64,000 bases of DNA from Corallochytrium limacisporum Hawaii (taxonomy: Eukaryota > Protista > Pluriformea): contig PDIP01000142.1 in NCBI GenBank assembly GCA_002811645.1, positions 51,616 through 115,615 on the forward strand, in the 5' to 3' direction. The notes under the pieces are model-generated. The model had not been told where the DNA came from. It did not search any database and worked only from the letters and a program-made list of their open reading frames with translations. Shown here in pieces: positions 42,765-54,845 of the stretch; position 1 is the first letter of the stretch, and every line of letters begins with the position of its first letter. A program made the translations under genes and the position numbers.

Positions 42765-44592
42765 CCCCCCCCCCTGTCGGTTGCTGTCCTGCTTCCCATA
42801 CATACATACCCGCTGCGGGAGAAGAGGAATTCCATTCATTGTAAGCAGCGGAAACCAACGGAGACGGGAAGGACGGGTCCGCAGACCTGCGTTTTACACT
42901 GAGACCTCACTCTGATATAGTTCAGTGCTGGGAACGTTGCTGCTGTGACATGAGATTTAGTTGCGGGCCTTTTAAAAGCAAACTAGAGGCGGCACCATGA
43001 TGAAAATTGTGACAAATGTTGTCAGTGGGGTGTGTGTATATCAGATTGTATGGAATATTGCAGGAGCGGAAAGAGTAACAGCAGGTCGGTGGGCAAGAGG
43101 ACAACCGATACTAGCTGCCACGAATGGCAAGAAAAATTGGGGACACGAGCCCGAAGTCTTCGCCATGCCCATGGAGGGTAACACGCATGGTTGTCGTAGT
43201 GAGTTGTAAACGTGCGTGTTGAGAAGATGATTGTAGAGCTGGTAGCAGCAGCATTGTTCTGTAGGCGCATGGCCGATACATAGCCCACACACTGGCTATC
43301 CGTCTTTGGCGGTGTGCTGTTGACAGGTGTAACTGTTACTCCCGCAACGTAAACGCATCAACTCCTGGAACCATCGCGGACATCATCTCTGTTTACACAT
43401 AACAACCCATCTCCCGCGTAAGAAGGAGGTCTTTAAGATGAACAATACATAGTAAAGTAAGCTGGCGCTGTGGGTTTTGCGCCACCACCAAGCGGTGCAA
43501 CCCGTCATCAGCAACAAGTACAGAAACGATACACACGCACAACCTACACGCACCCAACAGCAACGAGACTAGTAGCAATACTATTGAACTTCTATTGCCA
43601 CGCCAGGTACTCGCTCGCTTTCATGTTCGGTCCCCATGACCGACCCACCCTGCTCGTATCCAACCGACTCCGCCCTGCGGGGTGTGAGTCACCCCCCCCC
43701 CCTCCTCGCGTTGCCACTGAACAGGCAGGCGGGTGGGAGTCGGGTGGATCGGTGTGAACCTGCGTACCGTAGTTCGAAAGAAAACCCTGGCCGTTCTCTC
43801 AGTTTCAGAGAATATCTGACACTCTAAATTGTTCATTTTCCCCGCTCCCCCTCAGGCTAGACGCCGCGTCCCCCCCCCTCCCCCGGGGGAGTGGAGGTGA
43901 GTGTGCGAAATCTTGGACGCTGTCCAGCACTTTTCCTCGTACAAACTCTGGCTCCTGCCATGAGGGCCGCATTCCCTTTTGTATGGCGTGTGCTGCTTTT
44001 TAGTAGGGGGGAGCGGGTGATGAATTGCATTAGACGCAGAGGCTTCCCCCGCCCCCGGGGCCCCTCCCTCCCCGGGGGTGGGGGAGGGAGGGAGGTCGCC
44101 GGCCTGGGTTGTTGCAATTCTTCAAATACTGGGCAGTCGGAGGAAAAATGAAATTAGATACGAAGAGGGTGCGTTTTTTTTTGTGGGGTAGTGACATCTC
44201 AAATTAAAACGTGTGAGTCGGATAAGGATCAAACAGTCCTGTCAGAATCGGGCACAAAGGCACGGATTGCAAAGTGGCCGGGACGTTCTGTGGTGGCCGT
44301 TGATGAAGATAGGGGACGTGAAAGTGAAGGGCTGTTTTGTGGCGGCTTCGGTTGTAAATAGGAAATACACAGGGTTGTGAATCGGTAACAAACAGAGGGG
44401 TGGTTGGGGAACGTTCAGCTCAAAATCAATTCGACCACTTGAAGAATTACCCACATTGGATATGGAATACAATTTTTAATATTTTACAGCATTTAATTCT
44501 TTAGATATTTTTCGTTTGCTTCGTCACAAACCATGGGGGAAGAATGGAACTTGGATCAATAATATTTTCGATATCCGCGCATCGTCCACTCC

Positions 44593-45681
44593 TTAGATGT
44601 TGGCCAGCAAGCTTCCATACATGCTGGTGAGAGGCTCATTGACATCGAAGACGGCATCATCTACGGAAGCAAGAGTGTTTGTGGAGCTACTGGCGCTGAG
44701 GAGCTCGTCAGTGACATCCATCGTCACTTCGTCCTGGCCGATGGGTCCCCAGTTGTTGCCCTGAACCTCGAGTTGACTCATGTTGGACAAGATCTCATCA
44801 ATAAGAACGTCATCATCCTGCCGTTGATGAGGCTGCTGCTGCGGGTGAGGCTGGTAATGTGTGGTGTACGGGCTCGAAGGCGGACTGGTTTCCTCAGTGA
44901 GCTCGGAGAAGTGCGTGATGTTATCCGTCTCCAGAGACCGCGTACGGGGAGTCGCAACCAGATCGTAGAGCAACTCATTGGTCAGCTGCAGATCGGCATC
45001 GGCACCCTTGAAGAAGTCATCAATCTCGGCATTGGCGGTGAGATCAGGCTCAGACGCCGACGAAGTCATAATTGTAGGAATCTGCAGGGTAGCAGCCGGT
45101 GCGCTCTGGCGCATTGGAGGCGGGCTGTCGATCGACCGAGACTGGCGACGGAGCGCAGAGTTCTGCTTAGCCTTGGACTTGACAGGTTGTGCAGTCTTGC
45201 GCTTTCGCATGGTAGCAGCTTGCTTGCCGCGTCCAGGAGCCTTTGTAGTCTTGGGCTCCTTTCCTTTCTTTCCGGAGGTTCCCTCGCTTCCATTTTCATC
45301 AGCTGCGGCAAGGTTGGGCATGCTCTTCGCGATCTGTCCACCAGCCATTGCGCTGGCCATCATCATAGCCATCTGTGCTCCAAACGGGTTGTTCAGGAAA
45401 GGGTTGTTGACTGTTGCCGGCTTCTCCATATTCTCAGACTTGGGGAGAATGCGAGGCGGCTTGCTCACGATGGGACGCTGTGCATTCTTCTGACGGGGCA
45501 AAAGCTTGGCATTTGCATCCTTCTTCTCATTCTTCTTGGTTCCCTTACCCTTACCCGGGTTCAGGGAGGCCTGGCTTTCAGCAAAGTGCTTCATGGCAGC
45601 CAGGTGCATGGTCATAGTCTGCTGTGCGAGCAGCATAGCTTGCTGATCAGGAGTCAGCATCTTTGTGTTCTGATTCATCAT
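44593..45681 (-). CDS. Uncharacterised low-complexity protein (Met/Gln-rich N-terminus, basic middle, acidic C-terminus)
   Basis: 362-aa ORF with biased codon use, in-frame stop shortly upstream, TATA-like CCCTATAAAC on the minus strand near 46101-46110. No family recognised. Confidence 0.85.
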   Translation of the reverse strand: MMNQNTKMLTPDQQAMLLAQQTMTMHLAAMKHFAESQASLNPGKGKGTKKNEKKDANAKLLPRQKNAQRPIVSKPPRILPKSENMEKPATVNNPFLNNPFGAQMAMMMASAMAGGQIAKSMPNLAAADENGSEGTSGKKGKEPKTTKAPGRGKQAATMRKRKTAQPVKSKAKQNSALRRQSRSIDSPPPMRQSAPAATLQIPTIMTSSASEPDLTANAEIDDFFKGADADLQLTNELLYDLVATPRTRSLETDNITHFSELTEETSPPSSPYTTHYQPHPQQQPHQRQDDDVLIDEILSNMSQLEVQGNNWGPIGQDEVTMDVTDELLSASSSTNTLASVDDAVFDVNEPLTSMYGSLLANI

Positions 45682-46558
45682 CTTGTCCGTACACTCTTTT
45701 TCACACTTTCCCGTAACTTATAGCAAAACACACTTCACACAAACGCTAGGTAGTCGACCAGTGATCACAAAACATACACACAGATCCTGGTTCGACACAC
45801 ACATTGGCTTACTAGACTTCCAGTCATTAAGCTTATGATGCTCGATGCTCCAGTCTGAAGTAGGTTTGAGACCCCAAGATCCGAGACCCTTCACGCATGG
45901 CTCTCCAGTGACAAATTCGCTTCATCATGTCCTTCCAAAGTTGACCACTATGTGCAAGATACTGTCTCTTTGACAAGAGGCCACGCTTCGACATAACTGC
46001 TCAATTTTTTCCTTGCTCCATGAGAAACGGGCGGGACTGTGAACAATGGTAGCACACCCACACCCACATACACACATACACGCAGAGGAAGGGGGGGGGA
46101 GTTTATAGGGGCGCGCAGACAGCTGCAAAACGGTTCACGGAGATCCCAAACCGCCGCGTTGTGCTGTCCCTTCCCCCCTCCCCCCCCCCACAAACCCCCC
46201 TTTACTTCTCCCTTGCTCCCTCTCGGTCTCTATTTTCTTACCTTCAGTTCTGAGTAATTTCCCGCACAAATGGGGTTAAGGGGGAAAGGGGTATGGGGTC
46301 AATCTTCTGCCACTGCTGCTTCGGCTCGAATTCTGTGATGCGACGCGAAGATAGCAGTTTGCTTCTCTTCATTACCAATGTCCGAAGACACCGGAGAACG
46401 ACGCTCTGTCACTTACATAGTGAATGAATGTATAAAGAGCACAAGCTCTGTGCATGTGGCTGATGGATGAAGGATCTTTTGCAGAAGAGAGAGGAAGGAA
46501 AGGGACATACTCGCCTGACTCAGCCAGAACTCTCCCCCTTCCCCCCCCCCCCTCCCCC

Positions 46559-46774
46559 NNNNNNNNNNNNNNNNNNNNNNNNNNNNNNNNNNNNNNNNNN
46601 NNNNNNNNNNNNNNNNNNNNNNNNNNNNNNNNNNNNNNNNNNNNNNNNNNNNNNNNNNNNNNNNNNNNNNNNNNNNNNNNNNNNNNNNNNNNNNNNNNNN
46701 NNNNNNNNNNNNNNNNNNNNNNNNNNNNNNNNNNNNNNNNNNNNNNNNNNNNNNNNNNNNNNNNNNNNNNNNNN
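46559..46774. other. Assembly gap
   Basis: N run flanked by C-rich tracts. Confidence 0.99.
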
Positions 46775-49700
46775 CCCCCTCCCCTCCCGCCTTGTTACGG
46801 CGTTCCCGCACTCCAGGTCTCTCCACCGGAGAGGGCCTGTGTGTGTATATTGTTTTGGGGGAGATTTTGGGAGGGGGGGGGGAGTGTCACGCTCCTGCAG
46901 GGAACACGGGCGGGTTTCTAACAAGGAACACAACAACGGACTGCACCCGAGCAGTTCCAGTTTGGAGTGAAGCGACTACTGCAAAAAAATTGAAGTACTA
47001 TGCTAGTTTGTAGAGAGAAATATCAATACGACAGAAGGAAAACAGGAGGTGGCAACCACACCGCAGAGACTAAAATAAGAACGAGAGGGGAGAGACTTTG
47101 AGTAGTACACACTCCCGGGCGTTCAATACAAAGTAAAGAAGCAGTTCCCCACACTCCAGCAAAAGCGAAGTGGCACGACGCGATTGACGTCAAAACAAGG
47201 AGGTTCTTCGCTTTCTTCTTCGTTTCCCTTAGCTGCGAGCGGTGGTGGATATCTATCCCGGTCCGTAAACAGTGGTACGGGTTTGAATTCTATACTGCAG
47301 CAATGGGGACAACTGGTTCCCGTGTACTGTTTGATTATTTTTTCTTCTCTCCGTACCACGGCACTTTTGTTAATTTGCGGTGGACGATAGCTGCTACATC
47401 TGAAAAAAAAAAGGAAAGAAGGGAATGGATAAAACTGCAGCGTCTTCACTTGGGGCGCTTGTTCTTCAATATGTATTCAATGCTGGAAAGAATTTTCTTC
47501 AAGGGCAAAGAGTGGGGACGCCGACGAGTTTTGCCGGCTCTGCTCCTCCCTCTGCCATTGAGAAAGGAAGCAAACCGAAGACGGAACGCGGAGAATTTTT
47601 CTCAACCGCCTCACCCACTTTCAAAGTTGGACATAGTATCTTCACTATGGAATTGGGAGTTTCATGTGCAAGGAAGCTGCACGGAGCGTCCATCCACCCC
47701 ATGCAGCGTTCCCAACCCACACAGGTCTGTTTTGAATAGCGTAGGGCAAAATTGGTGATCTCTTTGCCTGGCCACTGCATATGTATATTACTCCGACATA
47801 GCGTAAAGTGCGGGAATAGTTTCCGAGATGGAGCGTCATCCTCTGAGTTGCTTGACACCTGCGTGGCACCGGCTGCTCATGGTACTGATAGTTTTCCCTG
47901 AGCTGCGAACTTTGGGACATTGTGCAGTAATGAAAAAGTGAATGAAAATATGGAAGCAGTTGTAGCCATGATGATCTAATGATGATTAGCCGAGTCAATC
48001 AAGATCCCCCGTTCGCGTCTACTCCGTGCGTATACTTGTTCAACCCGTCACATCAGCACCACACCTGCTCCACGGTTTACGCAGTGGTTCCATACACTGT
48101 TCCGTCCTCCCTTCCTTCCTTTCTCCGGTCGCTGTTTCGTATGCTCGAAGTTTTTATTTGTTCTCATGACCAACATCTTAATCCCCTCATTTCACTGGTA
48201 ACCTCAGCCATTTTAAAGAGAATTTCGCATAGGAAATGAACTCACAAAAACCTACCGAACGCCGGCAAACTTGGGTATTACACACGACAGTGGGAGGAGA
48301 TTGAATTCGCTCGGATGATGAAGAAGGAAGAAAATCAGCGTGGGTTAGTTGCAAAAATTTTCGCTACAAGAAACTGAATACTCAGGTACCACTCATGTAC
48401 CACTCACTGTGCCAGTGCCGTTTCCTGCTGAGGGAAGGAAAGTAGACTGTGCAGCATGTGCCCCTTGGGTTGGTGCTTGCAAACCCAGGCGCGCTTTTTC
48501 CTGTAGAGAAAAGCCACTCTGCTTAACACCGTTCGGGATTCAGTAGGCCATCTGAAGGCAACCAAAAGCTGCGACGTAGGTTCAAAATTTACTTCGGAGA
48601 ACCAAATTTACGAGTACACCGCAGATGTTTATGCAAGAGACATTGGAAAAACCTGGATCCCTTGAATGTCCGAGGATTCCACGGCAGCTCGCGTCCGGCA
48701 CGGAGAGAGTGAAGAAAATTGCATGTCCTTGGTGGGATTTTTTGCTCACCAATTCCTCGAAGACATATAGGTCAATGGCGCACCACAGTACACTACAGTG
48801 CAGTGCCATCACCGCAATGCACGGACAGAAAACATGCAACATTGTCCAGGGTTTCATATGATGATTTCCTTCTCGTTTTATATCAAGCGGTGGCATGTAT
48901 GCATGATCCAAGCCCCAAGCCCTCCTTATTGCAGCTTGCATCAGCGGGATTTCAACAGCGCAGATAGGAACACGGACCTCTCATTCTCAATTGAAATCTC
49001 CTTTGTATCTCCCTCCCACTGGGTATGGGGGCCCTATGAGCTCTTATTTTATCCTCCTCCCTCGATTCCCTAGCAATTCTTTCCGATGAAGCATTGGAAG
49101 ACGGTGCTGTTTCGTCGGGTGCATCAGCGCACATCATAGACACCTTCATTCACCCACTCACATACACAATACAGGCACAAGCCAACAGGGATGATGGGTT
49201 AAGAAATACGGAGAACGGTGTGTTGTTATGATGACACCATGCATTCATGCCCAGAACCTGACCTGCTCATCCACAAACACACCCCACAGACACACCCTGT
49301 CCCTCCTCCTCCCCATACAGAAGACTGAACATCCAGTACTCATTCGCAGAGGTTGAATTAGTGCCGGGTGGCTTTAGGTCCTCTTTGTGTTTACTGAAAT
49401 GATATCACAGACACAAAAGACAAGCGTACATCGACACCACAGACTGATATATGTGAGTCGGACGTTCCATTGAAAACGTAATCCGAGATAAGGCCCGTGT
49501 GGAACAAGACGATGAAAGAAACTTTAGAGAGACGAAAAAGAATTCGGGTGACACAGCAAATTTTGGATGTCTGGTGCTGTTGCCGACATGGTGCTGAGAT
49601 GTAGAGAGAGTGTGTGTGTATCAACCTAATCTTTCGGTTTCTTCGTTCTCCCGTGTATTAAATTGAAGAACACAAATTGGACATGCTGTTGATGGGCGGA

Positions 49701-52700
49701 GACTTTGCTTTCCCCCATCGTGCTTTTAACCAGAACTTGGATTCACCTGTGAATAGTACTCAGGAAATTGCACCAGTTCATGCTCATGAGACTGCAGTCG
49801 TTGCTCCATGCAGAATAGGACAGTGTCTCCATGAATACCCGGCTGTGATGTCCAAAGAAAACGGCTGATGCAGATTTCGCCTTCTCAGCTGTTGTCATTA
49901 CAACTGTGATGCGGGCTTGCGCTATAGAGTCTGTAATAAGGCATACAACTAGGTTCATACCATGCCCAAGAACCACCAACAGAGATCACCCTTCAAAACA
50001 ACAGAGTTGTTGACAACAGAGTTATCGGTTGATGTTCGCGTGCGCGCACTTTCCATGAGACTCTATACGTGAGGGAAAAAACACGAGCACCGGGAGCATA
50101 TTGTCCTGGAAAATTCGTACCCGTTTGGATGTTGCCATAGAGCTCCACCACACCAATTTACTATCGCACCGACAAGAGGAAATGTTGTCAATTTCGTTTT
50201 GAATTTTGTCACAAAAAGTCCAGGAAGATTCAAAATACAATTATGGCATGAACGAATGGTTCTCCTTGTGTACCTGAGTCTACGAGGTGTTAGACGACTT
50301 CTTGCTTTGTGTGCATGTCGGAGATTTCCGGGTGCTGAAATTATGAAAGTACTATCCTAGAATAAAGAGTGAGAAAATACCGGACTCGGGCGACACCAGT
50401 AATGACAGCTCATTACACACGCATGACTGTGGTGAGCCCTACAGAAAGAACAAAGAAAAACGTCAAGCGTGTCGTCAAAATGCTGTCAGGATCGCTCAAG
50501 GTTCTGATGCTGGGCAGATGCATTGATAAAGTCCATAGCTATGGCAGCAGCAACAAAACAAACACAAGCAGCTGACTGTTCAAAGTCAAAGATCTAAAAA
50601 GAAAATGCCATGGATATGACTGGGATCCGTACCTTCTCCACCATCTAAAATTGTCCGACACACTTAACACTACTACCCCCCCCCCAACCCCCTATATATA
50701 CACACACAGGTACCTTTGTGTTTTGGCAAACGAAGATATACGAAATTTGCCACTCAGTTATGCGATATTTCTCAGGCCAATTCCAGTACAGAACGGGGTT
50801 CCGTCCAATGAATATGATTTCACGATGTGATGCTCAATATGAACAAGTCACAGCAGTACCCTCTTTGCTATGGCATCTGCTTCTGCTGTTAATACACAAT
50901 CAAGTCGTGGGATATCAGAGCCATTGTAGCTTTCGATTGTAGCTACCCATGTCTCTTTCGTGTGGGCATCAGGCATGCCACTGCATCCCCTTCGTCACGC
51001 CTTTTCCACCCGTCCAGATCAGCACAGCAAGTATTTGTGTCAATGCGTTCACAAACCCCGTCTGGTGTGCTGACTTTCGATAAGTGGATGCGGTTTTGAC
51101 GGTTTGCCGTGAACACTATCTTTTCAGTCTGATCTTCCCATTCATTTGGGCCTGCTTGCTTGCAGCGAGTGGGTACAGGCACTGTTGATATGCTGGTCGG
51201 TGCTGTTCTGGTCCCACCTTGACGAGAACTGACCCAATGACGTCCAATCGTGCCATCATTTCACTTCACCACAGCATTGCTCGTTGACCTCGGAGTGGCA
51301 CCAGTAATCTGTTTTTACACTTACATTCTGTATGCAATATAAATGACTAATGCTGCTGAGGTCTTCGTCATTCTCCATGACCCAACAGTTTTGTGAGATC
51401 CATGGTGACAGCAGCGAGTGTTGTGCTCTGCGTGCCCCTACTTGAACATCGTCATCATTCGCTCATTCGTCATACATTAGCACTCTTCAGCGACAGCATT
51501 ATCAAGAACAACCAAGAGAAAGAAGTAATATCAACACCAGCACAAACCAGTCTACGATGTGGCTGTTGCAGGATCTAGAGACGAAGTCTTTAGAGCGAAT
51601 TCCGGAGATGTGCACAAGTGGTACCAGGCAACAAACCCCAATTTGCACAAACAGAACACTGCTTGAAAGAATACCGGGAACACAGGAAAAACACAAACAG
51701 GTCCAGGAATCCCCTCACGCAAGACGTGCTGAGCCCATACTAGACAGGGATGCCAAACAGCTCCTTACAACTGGCAGATGCAGGTGGTAACAAAGGATAG
51801 GAACGGTTGGAGACAGGTAGGACCACAAGACTTCATGGAATCCCATTCTCTTTATACCACTAACTGTGTTCGCCACCTGTTACTTGTGTGCTGAGTTTGA
51901 TGTACGACATGCGTAAAAGATGTCCATGAAGATTTTCCTTTTCTCTGGAACAAGGATTCACTACCTGATAATAGAGGCCCTATGCAGAGCAACACTATCG
52001 CTGTCGATAATATTGTGGGATGGGTCCAATACACCAGAGCGTTTCATGTTCTCCGTTCACATCACATCAATACGAACTGATGCTAAGCATGAACTGCCTC
52101 CGCAGCTCCTGGCCTTCAGAGATGCAAATAAAATCGTACTGACATAGAAGGGTGGTCCAGAAGAATCGAGAGATATCCACAGAACTTTTGCGGAACATAC
52201 ACATGAAACATGGGAAGGACTGGAACACGTTGTAACGAGAAGGATCACTGTGTGCAGCGAAGAGGCGGCGTGCGGCTCAGAGGGGCCAGGTCCCGGGCAG
52301 CCAAAATAAGGAGGTCGAATTCGTGTACGTATCGAACCGAAAGCAAGCAAGGCGACACCCGCCGGGACCCAAGCTCAAATCCGGCGTTTTGACGTCACAA
52401 TCTCTCCCCACCCCCTCCGAACTTCTACTTTCCAACTATGAGGCCAGCACCGACCAGCCCGAAGAGGAACGGAGATAGAGGGAAGGCCTGAAGTAGCACA
52501 GTCACAGCGGTACCCGCTGTTCAAAAGCTGTAGAAACGGCTACTCCTCTAGTCACAGAGACTCCATTCGGACTATGTACTAATATTTCACCATACCACAT
52601 GCTCAATCTCATCAGTAGCATATAAGCCATCACATCAGCCTGGCACTATCGTCACCATACCATCCGCACGGCCTTTGAGCCGGGAGGAGCGTTAACTGAT

Positions 52701-54156
52701 CCGCAGCCATCCCACTTGGTTGCCCCGCCTAAGAGGCGCATATTGCACCACTGGCACGAGTGTGGATGTTGCCCTTCTTGTTTTCGTTTCGTATCCCCAG
52801 CGCAGCCCCCTATATATGCACAAGCCATTCGCATATTCCCAGTACGGCAATACAACAGTCAACGCACTTTCGATCCACCTGCAAATCAACCTATTCTCGA
52901 ATAGAGATTGTTCGGGTAACCACGGACGGGTGCCAATGCCCCAGCACCCCTTATATATAATGAGGGAGGAAAGGTGGAGCATCTTTCCGCAAGGCACTAA
53001 AGAGAAGCTTGCGCCCAGCACCTTTGGCAAGGATCATCACAGCTATGAAGCCGCATGTCAGAGGTGAAGCTGGATTCGCAGGTCAACCACTCCGCTGGCA
53101 TGGCAATTTGCGCGGCGGCCAAGATGATCTTTCCAGTCATCAGCGATGTCGATCCTGCCAAGATTCGGCACAATAAAGAGTGCAACATTATCAGGCAGAT
53201 GATTCATATCCCGCTGTCATAAAGCCGTTGGTTTTATTGATTGTATACTATTGATCATTAAGCAGAGTCCCGTGGCAGTCGACGTTGGATAGCAAATCAC
53301 GCGATGTTGGGGGCAGTTTCTCGGGGAAAGACAGTACTTTCACTATAGATTCTCGCAGCACCTGCGACCTGCGGAATCCCCACCAGCGGCCGTGAGCTTT
53401 TTATCGCCTTCGATAGCTTTTGTGCGTCACAGGGCGTACATTCAGTACCTACAGCTGGCAGGCCGAACTGCGAGCGCTGTTGCCCAACCGGCCCCCTCCC
53501 CTTCTCCCCCGGGCGGCAACCTGAGCGGCTTGACCATATAGTTGCTCCGTGCGCAGAAATTGGCTTTTTTTCCCTGCCCGGGCGGTGTCCTGAGAGTTGT
53601 GAAATTTGCTACTATCTATAGGCCACGTATACGTAACGGCCCGCGCTCTGCTTGGGCGGCCGGCCGCACAAAGGAACCGCAAAGGGGGGTTGTTCTGCAA
53701 CGCCGTCCCCCTGGGACAAGCAGTGACTCAAGTGTCACCAAAGCCAATAAAGCTGTTCATGTTCTAGCATGGCATACTGTACATTGGGTACCACAGCGCG
53801 TGCAAGAGCCCTCGGCGCTAGATTCCCGTACATGATGCCTGGTCAGGTGGTGACCGCGCAAGCGGCGGAACATTACGGAACACGTCCGGGACTGGAGCAC
53901 AAAACGTCGGCAGATTTGTTTATACCAAATATATGGAGAAAGCAAATGTAATCTCTAATGATCTTCGAGATCCAGTGATTTCGCCTGTTCGCTGATCGCC
54001 TGGGCTTCCACCGCCACGTCTCACACCACTCCACCCCCGCACGCAAAAGTCGCAGACGAAATACTTAGAATTCTGTACAGCGGAGCCTTTCCGAAGTCCA
54101 AAAGAAGCTCAAGAATGGGTTTTTTCACCGGCCGGGTCCCGAGGGAAGGCCGCCCT

Positions 54157-54179
54157 TCTCTCTCTCTCTCTCTCTCTCT
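54157..54179. repeat. (CT)n microsatellite
   Basis: About 11 CT units. Confidence 0.9.
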
Positions 54180-54845
54180 ACCCGCGGACTAAAAGGTGCG
54201 CCCGCCCTTGTCACGCACTTGGGTGACGAACGGACAACCAAAAAAAAAAAAGGGCAAAAAAAAACACATGCAAAATGTGCTGCTGGCCCACCATAATCAT
54301 TTCCCCGCCACGAGAGTCCGCCGTCGAAACTCTCACTCATCGTTTGTTTTAATTGTAGTTCATGATTTCTGACGGCACGTAATGCGGACGGACCTGAGGC
54401 GGCCCGATGGAAGATGTACTGCTGGACTATGGCATCAGAAGCCGACAGTCAGGGGTTCGTGGAGAACCCCTTCCCCTTGGACCACCATTGAAGGGATTTA
54501 GTATGGAATTAGAACAGTGAACAGAACAGATGCCAGCCGCCTAAATATGAACTCCAGGGAAGGGCAACCTCTTCCATCAATCGAAGGGGTGATCGTGGCA
54601 AGTGTGCATTGGTAGCAGTTGGAGCTGGGGCTGCCCATGAGAATCTTACACGGTTGCCCATCGTGCCGCCGTGCATGGGCGAGCGGATTGTGCCGTTTTC
54701 AATGGTATTCGATGAATATCATCAAAAGTGTACAAGCGCAAGCCATGGGGTTCTAATCATGGTTCGGCGAATAGAATAACTATGGCGTTTGTTTGAAGAG
54801 TGGGAATTTTGTATTGTAGATAGTGAGCAAGGAAGGCGTTGAAGG

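Noticed and set aside
44773-45723. 316-aa plus-strand ORF
   Set aside because: Antisense mirror of the 362-aa gene, with Leu/His/Gly-rich shadow composition.
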